Shown: piece after piece, positions 9,938-19,700 of the stretch | Layout of the letters: each line of letters opens with the position of its first letter | Position numbering within the stretch: position 1 is the stretch's first letter | DNA from: a virus | Virus record (IMG/VR): IMGVR_UViG_3300004369_000004 | Span: 36,864-100,863 of that record | Direction: 5' to 3' (one strand) | Length of the DNA stretch: 64,000 nucleotides | The notes under the pieces: model-generated | Told to the model about the DNA's origin: nothing | The model's database searches: none | The model's input: only the letters and a program-made list of their open reading frames with translations | Translations under genes and position numbers: made by a program

Positions 9938-12900
9938 TATTTTTTTCTTTTATGGTTATATGGAATTCTAGTTGACGAAGTCTTAGCTGCTTTAAACTTT
10001 GCTTTCTCAGTAGAAGAAAGTTCAGAAGAAGTCTTAGGAGTTTTACTACTTACTCGTTTAGAAGGTCTGCATGCAGGATAAGCTCTATTCTCTCCCTCTT
10101 GTCTACCACACTGTTTGCCTGTTTTAACATCTACCCACTTCTCAGCAAACCATCTATCTAAGCCACCATGTTGACCACCAGATTTATATTGTTTCTTTTT
10201 ATCGTAAAAAGACGATGATACTACTGTACCATTAACTCCTGGTACAGTCATTCCCCCATCTTGGTATAAAGCAGCATTAAAAGAAGAGTGTCCTCCGTGG
10301 AATCCAGTTGCCTTGCCTTTCTCCAGAGCATTCTTCCAAAGACCAGAAGCCTGTGGACTCTGAGTATTCATACCTGAACTAACTCTTCCTAAGTCTAATC
10401 TTTTTAAGTAATCATTCAAAGATTTGTAAGAACGAGTACCACGAACTACCTCTTCACCGATTCTAACAGCTTCTGTAGGAAAAACTCCTGCAGCACTATT
10501 TGACATTTGTAAACCAGGAATACTTCTTAAATAAGCTTTGTTTGTAATATCAGGAATATCTCCTCTATATAAACCAGGTCTTGTAGTTACTCCCCACTCT
10601 CTAGGTCCTTCTACTATAGTGTTTCTTCCCACTACGCGATTATAACGATCAGCTAGAGACTTCATTAACTCTTCCTTAGTTAATGCACTAGTAGTCAAAT
10701 CATTTATAGTAAGATTGAATAACTCTGGATCATCTGGAAAACCTTTGGAAAGAGAATGCATTCTCTCGATTGTTCCTTCCTCTAACAATTCATCAAAATA
10801 TCTATTAGGATTAGATCTGAATAAATCTAAACGTTGCCTTTGAAAATCATTTAAAGGAAAAGTAGCCCGTTGTCGTGGAGTATAAATAGTCAACTCATCT
10901 CCTCTTGGATTTAATCCTTGAACTCTGTATTCTAAACCAGAAACATTATTTGCAGGAATAATTTCATCGTTTAAGAGATCAAGATTTCTATTGAATATAT
11001 CTATGTACTCTTCTCTAGGAATATCAACAACCCCAGGTAACTTTTGATCAGGAGCCAAAGGTTTAAGTCTACCATAAACATCAGTTACAGTATTTCTATA
11101 TTCTTCAGGAGTCATAAGCTTTGCAATCTCTCTTTGTTGTGGAGAAAGCTTAGGAGAGCCCATTTCAAAATGGGACTGATTAACAACTGCTGGTCTAGGT
11201 TTAACTCTAACACTATTAGGATTAGAGCCTGAAATAAATTCTCTACTAGTAGTTGTCTGAGATTGAGGAGCTCTTTCAAATAAATCTAATTGTCGAGGTT
11301 GAGCAGAAGAAGCCTCCCCAGCAACATCATCCATTATCCTAGAGGTAGGAGTTGTCATTCGTAGTGCAGGACTTGCAACTTCATCTAGTGAGCGAGTAGC
11401 AGATCTTCTAGCTAATTTAGCCAAAGAACCTGCAGCTTTGCTAGTAAGTTTTGGAACCATACTAGCTGCACCAACTATAGTAGCAGGATCTAATACTGCA
11501 TCAACTGCAAACGCACCATAAGGATTTTGAATATCCATTGCTTCAGATGGAGTTTGTACTTTGCCAGTAAGGTTGTACATCATACCAAGTTGAGGCACCG
11601 TAAAAGGAGAGGTAAGAACTTGCGCAAAACTTCCTGCTATATCATTTCCAGTCTTATACCAGTTTTCTCCACCAGTAGCATCTGATATTCTTCTAGCCAT
11701 TTGACTACTAAAGTCATTTGGATCTGTATCATATCCATAAGGGTAAAAACCCATTCTATCAGCAATCTGTCTAGGCATCCTTTTATACCAAGGTGCTCTC
11801 TTTGATGTAATCTCAACAGGAGCTATTCTGTCAGGATTTTCAGCAGTAGATGTTTCTAGAGATCCGCCCGCTTGATATTGTCTAGTTTGGTACTCACTGA
11901 TAGGGTAAAGAGATTCTTCAGGAGTACCTTCCAAGGCTCCATCTTGCATATATCTAGTTGTATCTTTTTGATATCTAGAATACAATGCGTCTATGTCTAC
12001 AGGAATCTCTGCGCCATCTTGTGCAATCTTTTGCTTAGCTACATCTTCTTTAGCAAACAAGTACATGTACTTATTAATATCATTATCTGATAAGCCGATG
12101 TCTTGTAGCTGTTTATATTGTGCTTTATCTCCTTCTGAAAATCCTTCTTTATAGTTATTAATATCGTAACCAGGCTGAAGTAATTCGTAGCCTTGATCTA
12201 TAGAAGAATCTCTAAGAGCTTTTAGTCTAGCTTTTACTTCACTGGGATTTGAAAGATACTCATATTCTTTAGTCCTCTTAGGAGGATTAATAAAGCTATT
12301 AAGATCTTGAGATAAGACTTGTGTAAAGTAATCTCCAACTTTAGTAGCGCCAGGGGTGTAGGAGCTATCTAAAGAGTGCGATAATTCATGCCTAAAAAAA
12401 GATGGATTGTACTTACCCTTCTTTAATAGAATACTATGATCACCAGGTTTATACTTTGCATAAGTACTAGGTCCAAAGTTCATAAAAGACATATAAGGCA
12501 CATCTACACGTAGTTCGTCAAGATTAAGCCTTCTAGCATCAATCATATCCTGTACAGGTCTATCCTCGGAATCAGGCCCATAGAATTCTGTCTGTAATAG
12601 TTTTTTATACTCAGGAGTATTAAGTGCTTCAGTTTGTCTATCAACCTCAGCGCTAGCATCTCTATAGATTTGTCTCCTAGACAATCCACCTTTTTGCATT
12701 CGAGTCTCAAGAACTTCTTTATCTCCTGGAAATTTATATTCTTTCCCAGGCTGCATTACAACAGTCTTACCAGTTTGTAAACCTTTACCGAGTACAGGTC
12801 TTTTAAAGAAATCTTTTTCTCCATTAGGACCTTTCATAGTAATACGATTAGAAGAAACAATAACTTTGTTAAGTTTTTTATTCCATAAACCAGTTTTACT

Positions 12901-12999
12901 CTTAGGAATATTAGTCTTTTTAGACTGCGCTTTATTAGCAGGTTTTTTAATTCCTTTTTTTACTTTGGTAAATTGTTTGTATAACTGGCTGATTTTCAT
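9937..12999 (-). CDS. Multi-module putative cargo protein, 1020 aa, with an HExxH zincin-like domain and a C-terminal DUF5872-like half
   Basis: RHELSH motif plus downstream NPSEVKARL; C-terminal GGLDRWFAEKWVDV..CGR..YPACRPSKRVSSKTPKT; stop overlaps the next start (TAATG). Confidence 0.65.
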   Translation of the reverse strand: MKISQLYKQFTKVKKGIKKPANKAQSKKTNIPKSKTGLWNKKLNKVIVSSNRITMKGPNGEKDFFKRPVLGKGLQTGKTVVMQPGKEYKFPGDKEVLETRMQKGGLSRRQIYRDASAEVDRQTEALNTPEYKKLLQTEFYGPDSEDRPVQDMIDARRLNLDELRVDVPYMSFMNFGPSTYAKYKPGDHSILLKKGKYNPSFFRHELSHSLDSSYTPGATKVGDYFTQVLSQDLNSFINPPKRTKEYEYLSNPSEVKARLKALRDSSIDQGYELLQPGYDINNYKEGFSEGDKAQYKQLQDIGLSDNDINKYMYLFAKEDVAKQKIAQDGAEIPVDIDALYSRYQKDTTRYMQDGALEGTPEESLYPISEYQTRQYQAGGSLETSTAENPDRIAPVEITSKRAPWYKRMPRQIADRMGFYPYGYDTDPNDFSSQMARRISDATGGENWYKTGNDIAGSFAQVLTSPFTVPQLGMMYNLTGKVQTPSEAMDIQNPYGAFAVDAVLDPATIVGAASMVPKLTSKAAGSLAKLARRSATRSLDEVASPALRMTTPTSRIMDDVAGEASSAQPRQLDLFERAPQSQTTTSREFISGSNPNSVRVKPRPAVVNQSHFEMGSPKLSPQQREIAKLMTPEEYRNTVTDVYGRLKPLAPDQKLPGVVDIPREEYIDIFNRNLDLLNDEIIPANNVSGLEYRVQGLNPRGDELTIYTPRQRATFPLNDFQRQRLDLFRSNPNRYFDELLEEGTIERMHSLSKGFPDDPELFNLTINDLTTSALTKEELMKSLADRYNRVVGRNTIVEGPREWGVTTRPGLYRGDIPDITNKAYLRSIPGLQMSNSAAGVFPTEAVRIGEEVVRGTRSYKSLNDYLKRLDLGRVSSGMNTQSPQASGLWKNALEKGKATGFHGGHSSFNAALYQDGGMTVPGVNGTVVSSSFYDKKKQYKSGGQHGGLDRWFAEKWVDVKTGKQCGRQEGENRAYPACRPSKRVSSKTPKTSSELSSTEKAKFKAAKTSSTRIPYNHKRKK

Positions 13000-13003
13000 G
13001 TAA

Positions 13004-13375
13004 TTAGCACTTTTTAGATTTTCCAGAAAGGAAAGATTTCAAACTCATCTTACCGCCCTTTTTCATTTTAAGACTCATAATACCTACACGAGTGGGGGAG
13101 TAGTTTGGGATTGTAGATTTTTGCTGAGGTTGTTGTGGCTGTTGAGGCATCTCCATACCCATCTGACCCTTACGCATTCTAGACAAAGTCTGAGCAAGTC
13201 TGGCTCTTTGGCCTGTTACTCCCTTACTCTTAGCTTTCTTTCTAAGCCATTCTTTGTCAATAGTTCCTTCAGAAGTCATAGCACCTGCTTTCTTAGCAGT
13301 TGCTCGCAAGGCTCCAGGCTTTTTAATAGCGCCTTTGATCCAGTTACCACCCTTCTTCATTTCAAATTTTTTCAT
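13004..13375 (-). CDS. Small basic protein, 123 aa (NWIKGAIKKPGALR...RARLAQTL module)
   Basis: Lys/Arg-rich; MKKGG occurs twice; translationally coupled to its neighbour. Confidence 0.65.
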   Translation of the reverse strand: MKKFEMKKGGNWIKGAIKKPGALRATAKKAGAMTSEGTIDKEWLRKKAKSKGVTGQRARLAQTLSRMRKGQMGMEMPQQPQQPQQKSTIPNYSPTRVGIMSLKMKKGGKMSLKSFLSGKSKKC

Positions 13376-13752
13376 GACAATGTAAGCAAATATAATGTAC
13401 TAGTAATCAGAGCAATGATTTCATCAATAATATTTTGAATATGAGTATTCTCTACTCCAAATACAGTACGATGTTTCATTAAGTACTGCTTCAACTGAGT
13501 AAGGTGTTGTTTCGGATTTACATACTCAGAAGAAGGTATTTTAAAATTAACTATTTTACCCAAAGTGCCCATATAAGACTCAACAAGAGAGTCAGTTAGA
13601 TCTAGCAAACCGTCATAGTATTTATTCAAAGCTTTATGCTCTGCATAACTAGTAGTTTGTAGATGTACAATGTGCATTGTATCTCTAGAGTGAAACAGTT
13701 GACCTATAACAAGTTCAGGTTTAACTGTTGTAAAAATTTCTTTTTCTCTCAT
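13372..13752 (-). CDS. Ferritin/Dps-like four-helix protein (DUF5856-like), 126 aa
   Basis: HIVHLQTTSYAEHKALNKYYDGLLDLTDSLVESYMG and NIIDEIIALITSTLYLLTL match this phage ferritin-like family. Confidence 0.7.
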   Translation of the reverse strand: MREKEIFTTVKPELVIGQLFHSRDTMHIVHLQTTSYAEHKALNKYYDGLLDLTDSLVESYMGTLGKIVNFKIPSSEYVNPKQHLTQLKQYLMKHRTVFGVENTHIQNIIDEIIALITSTLYLLTLS

Positions 13753-13754
13753 GA

Positions 13755-16700
13755 TTATATTGTTGTTTGGTTAGTTTGTGTGATTTGTATAATGTTGACA
13801 AATTTATATCTGTTGTATCTATCTTGAATTAATCTTACTCTAGTAAAGTCTGATTTAATCTTATTCTTTTGGAATGACACACTTACGTTTCTTACTGCTT
13901 TGGTGTTAGGTAATTTATCAATTGGGTATTGTGCGGCCAAGTCAGCCCAGTCACTAGTCCAAAGAGATTGACCATTAGCTTGTGCGGCTATATTCCAGAA
14001 TCCGTTAAATGTAAACTTGTTTTCTCTTCTAGACAAAATAGTATCAATACCTGAAGTACCTACTCTAGGATATTGTAATTTTTGTCTAGTGTTTCCAAAT
14101 TGCTCAGGAATCAAATTGACAATACCAGAAGACTGCTCACGATTATAAATAATAGCTTTTGTAAAGTTAGCTGTATTTTTATTCTTTCGATCTGCCGTGG
14201 ACAGTGAGTAATAGTTTTGTCGTGTATAATACTCTTGTATCTCCGCAAACAAGCTGACCGAAGTAACAGTGTGATTAATAGGAATGCTGTTAACAGCATA
14301 TTCAAGGATATAGGGGTATAATTTACCATAGTAGGTTTGATATACAAAAGGACTTAAGTTATGATTCCAAATAGAAGCACCTTGAGCTCTATTGATTATA
14401 GTTTGAAAATGTCCTAGTTGAGGTACAAAGAAGTTTGGCAAGAACGAATAGAACGAAATAAAGTTCTTAAGCTTTGGAGAGTAAGCTACTGTCCAAGACT
14501 TGTCCTCAAAGTATCTAGTATCGTCCAAACGAATTCTAGTCTTCGTATTACCTGTTCTAAGAACATAATAACGATAATCAGGATCTAATCGATCTGTTAT
14601 GTAATCTACTGTTGTATTGCCCGTTCTGTATGAGGGGACAACTCTGTAGTCTTTCTTAGTTATAAAGACTCTTTCAAAGCGCTCATCCCAACCCATTACA
14701 ATACCGATGCCTAAAGAAGGTACATCAGTATCTACACTAGGTAGATCTTTTAAGATTTGGAAAGGAAGATTTTCCTTAAACCAGTTGTAGTTAAGCTGCG
14801 TCTTGATTTCGTTAAATCCTTGACCACTAACTTGATATACATGTCCACGCTTAGCATCTACCCAGAAAGTACCAAACTCAGTTCTTACATAAGCCTTATG
14901 TTGAGAACCAATATAACCAAGATCCGTATTAGACAAGTCAACAGGTTTCTGTTTAAACATGTCTGCATTACCAATCTCTAGTTGATATGGTGAGGTAGAA
15001 GTAAGAACAATTCTAGCATTATATACTTTGGTTGTGTTCTCAAACCTAGCATATACTTTTTCAGTCTCTCCCGCATTTAAATCAATTAAACGACCTCCCT
15101 CTTTCGGGAAGTCATATTTGTTACCAGGTCTGTAGCTCAACCATCTATCTGTAGATAGATTAGAGTTCATATCAGTAGCTTGATCAGAGTAAATCACTCT
15201 ACTTTGGTGATTAACAATACACTCTAAAGAAGGATACTTAAGAAGATATGGGAAGTTAGGAGACTTATTCTGAGAAGAGTAAGTTGCATTGTAGTGATAA
15301 AAATTATCAAACTTAATCGGAACGTTTCTTTCCTGCAACCAATCATCAGGAATACCTCCACCTACATTAGGATAGAAGTTTTCTTTATCAAGGTCTCTAC
15401 CATGTCTAAAGTGAGTATTAATATCCGACTCTACAAAGAAGATAGGAATACCATAAGAAGCTGTATAGAATGCTCCTCTCTTATAATATCTGTGCAATCC
15501 ATGAATTGGATCTAAGGATGTTCTCTTTACAAACCTAGACCATATAACATTAATGCCCGAAATAACAAGAGAATTGGATGATAGAATAGCCAAAGCACCT
15601 GCTACTCCTGTAGCAGTAGTAGCAGCAACGGCAACTGCATAACCCGCAACTACTAGTAAAAGAGCTCCTGCTACGTCACCTGCATCTACAGTGTCAACAT
15701 CATTTGATGTGCCATAAAAATATGTAGGATAGGCTAAGTTAGGAAACAGAAAGTAGTCGAATGGCATTTCATCTACAACAACTGCTCTTGCGTTAACGTT
15801 AACCAAATTTCTAGTAAAGAAAGAATGTTTTCTCTTAAGTGCAAAAGGAGTAATATAAGTATCTCCTCCAAAAGCAGGATAGTATTTATATTCTAAAGTA
15901 ACACTACCATCTGCAAGTCTTACAAGATCTTGTTTGTATCCAGTAGAGATATATCTCATATTCTGGAGTTGTCCATATTGATTTGGAAACTGCCTCTTCA
16001 CAGAAGCGTAGATTGCTCTAGTTTTTCTCTTTTCATGCTCAGCTGTAATATCTCCACCATGCTCAGTAGCAATATATCGAGAGTCGTCTACGATTTGTCG
16101 TTCTGAGTGAGTAATTGGAAATTTAGTCTTAAGATAAACTCCTGTTTCTCTTAGTCTATTATGAAGAGGAGCATCGTCAAATACTTGAACAATTCTTTCG
16201 TTGATATAATAACCAAGCTCAATAAATCTTTTAGAGTTTCCTTTATGCGCTGGATTTCTAAGAGGATCAATTTTAATAAACTGATTATAGGTAGCAATTG
16301 AATTATACTGATAAGCAAAATTTTGAAATGGAATAAGCTTTTCGACTATCTCTAGGATAATTTGCTCATTCATCATAAGCTTATCATATCGAATATTTAT
16401 TCCAGATTTATTAGTTAGCCCAGGAGTAACGCTAAGAATTTCTGCATCACTTTCTCCTTTAAACTCAGCAGAGAGAAGAGCTGATATTAATCCAGCATCA
16501 TAATATGCTCCTTTATCTATAAAGCGATATTGGGGGTGATCTTGTACTTGCTGAAAATGTCCTCTAACCTTACCTACTTCTACAGTCTCAAACTTAAGTT
16601 CAGTTCCAATCTTAGGATATTGGAAAGAAGTATCAGGAGATACAAAGTTAAATCTAAAAGCACTTCCAGTTTCTCTAATAGACTTAAAGCCATCTAAAGG

Positions 16701-19700
16701 AGCGCTTATGTCTGTACCAAGATCAGTTAGACCAGTCTCAATTCCAAAAAATCCTAATCTACGGCCTCTAGATTCATAAGTCCATTTAACATCTTGTCTT
16801 AGATATGGATCTACTCTTAAGTCGTTATAGGGATAGTTTGAATAATAATATTTTTGGTTAGTACCAGTTGAGTTGTCTGTGTACGTTCCTACATCATAAA
16901 GAAGTCCTTTAGCAATTACAGATTTATTTCCTACACGATTAGCTCTTACTAGCTCATAACCACAGATAACATCTTTAATAGGAATCTCTAGCTTTCTAAT
17001 AGGATCATATACAGTATACTTATATGTGCCATCTGAGTTTTTCTCATTAAGCAAATTAATCATTGTTTGCTCAACAATTCTAACTCCAATAGGATAAATC
17101 CAAGATTGTGAGTTATTAGATACTTTACTATCTAATTTTCCAGCAGAAGGAATCTCATGATCGTGGATGTGCGTTATAGCAGAATCAGGAAATTTATGAT
17201 GACGAATAGGCTTACCTCCTAATGCATCAGGATTGTAATAAGGAGCGTTAGGATCAGTATCCTGTTCCCAAATCTCATCATAGCACGGATAAACTTCTTC
17301 TGATTCCCAGTATGCAAATGTGCCTCTCTTATCGTTATAGATTGCACAGTTGTATTGTTTCTCAATACTATTTGCATCATCTATAGGTAGGGCAAAAGAC
17401 TCTCCTTCCCCTGCGGTGTTATAGACCTGCCATCTTTGAAGTTGGTCAGGAATCTCACAATCTGTCTTTGCTACATATACATCCTGGTTAGAGAAAGAAG
17501 ACTCAATAATAGTATCATCTGATGTTTTCTTTCTGCCTGGAATATGGAAGACATCTGTGTATTTTCCGTTTTTAAGTTTGAACTTAATACCAAATCCATA
17601 AACCTCATCACGTTGATATGTACGGAAAAAGTAAGCTACCTCTGGACTAGAGTAGTCCATCATGCCATCTGCAGGCATTTTAACAGTTTCCCATCGAAGG
17701 TCTAGTCTAGAGGCAAATCTCTGGAAGTTAAACTTAGGATACTCCTCAAGATCCGCTAACATCAATATATCATTTTGCTTCTCAATAATGTTAGCAGTCT
17801 CGTAGTGAGGAGAACGAATAAGCGGTACTATAGAAGAAAATGTCGATTTATAATCGCCTGTATAAATTACTTGATCTTTGTCAGTAGCCTGATTAACTCG
17901 GTAGGTACCAACAAGGTGATAAGTAGTAGTAGTATTTACAGTCTCAGCTACAACAAGATTAAAGTATTCAAAGATTCTAGTCTTATGGAATACCTCTACC
18001 TCAATGGCTTTAGAAGTAACATACTCTGTTTGCTCTGTAATAGCTCTTTCAAAAATTGGAACAGGGTTGTTAAAGTCACAATAATCAGTAAGCTCTAATC
18101 CTTGCTCATCTGAATAGGCAATTGCAAAAGAATAAACACCTGCAGGAAGTTGCCCTCCACTAGATATATTTACAGTGTGTACTTCAGGAACACAAAAATC
18201 TGGAAAGATCTTAGAGTCTTCGCAAGATTCTTTAATGCAAGTTCTTTCTGTTCCACAAGCATCTCTACCATAAGGATATTCTATTGAGAAGTATCTAGGA
18301 GGATTGTTTCTGCTTATATAATATATCTTGGTCTCACAGTCATCTATGCGGTATTCTGCTTGAACAGGAAATGCCACGTCAAAGTTGAGGCAGCAATTAT
18401 TTTTAGAGAAAGAAGCTGTTCCAGTTTCTGCAACATCAACTTCTTGAATTATATATAGTCTATCATGTTGAAGCTTAAGAGATCCTTTACGTGCTGTAAA
18501 TCTCTTTTGTTCTCCAAGCATAAAGTCTGTTATCTCATTACCATTACAATCGGTGTATGAGAAGTATTTTTCAATTGTAGAATAGTCTGTACCAGTATTG
18601 ACTATAACTCCATCTGACTCTAACTGAATGCCAGAAGACCTATAACCAAGAACATACTCAACGCAAGTGCCTGGACAGAAATCTAGACAATCATCTACTA
18701 CAAGATCTTCATAAACACAACACTGTCCAGTCACTTCACCATCTACTACTTGAGGAGTAGTTTCTAGCTTGTAACAACCCTCAGTACAATTCTCAGGATT
18801 AACCTGCAGGACAGTACCCTCAGGACATTCCTGAGTAAGGATCTTAACTAACTCAGTCTTGTTGTCAGTTGTAAAAACAAGATTCTCTTGAGCAGGTCCA
18901 TAAATATCCTCAATTGATTGGGCAGTAAGAATTGTGTTAAAATCTGTATCATAGATTTCAGCTGCAATCATTTGCGCAACTCCATAATCCCAATACTCTA
19001 AAGAGATTGTATGATTACCTGCAGGAAGTTGAACAGGATAAATATGAAATCTACCATAGAATGCGTGGTTTCCACCGCTAGCATCTAGATGATTCTGCAC
19101 AAATGGAATGCTTGTAGTATCAATAGGATTACCATTAGCATCATATGTGTTAGGATCAATAATATAATTTCCGTTAAGACCTATTCTAAAACGGTTATCT
19201 GCTGCGATACCAATGTAATAAGTTTTAGTATCTTGAATACAGATAGTTTGTTCATACCCAACCCATTGATTTGTAACAAGAACATTATTAAACTTTGTTT
19301 GAATTGCAATCTTGTTAATATGTCTCTGCAGATATGGTACACTAGCAGCGCCCCACCAAGAAGGTAATAAAGCATAAGTACCTACACCATCAGATCCCCA
19401 ACCAGGCTCATATAAAGCGGCACTATAAAGTCCCCAAGCAGAATTAGAAGCAGGAGAACAAGTATAAGTAAGTGTTTCTCTTGTAGGAATTGTATAGACT
19501 TCTCTAATACATTGTCTAGTTGCAGCATCAAATGTGTAGCCATCAGGACAAGTATAAGTCAAAGAAGTTTGTCCAGAAGTTGAATTAACATTAGAGCCAG
19601 TTACAACTTTACCATTCTCGCAACCGCAATCTTCTGATTCAGACAATACTACTTCAAGACAAGAGTTGTTTATATTAGTAACTTGACCGATGCGAGAACG

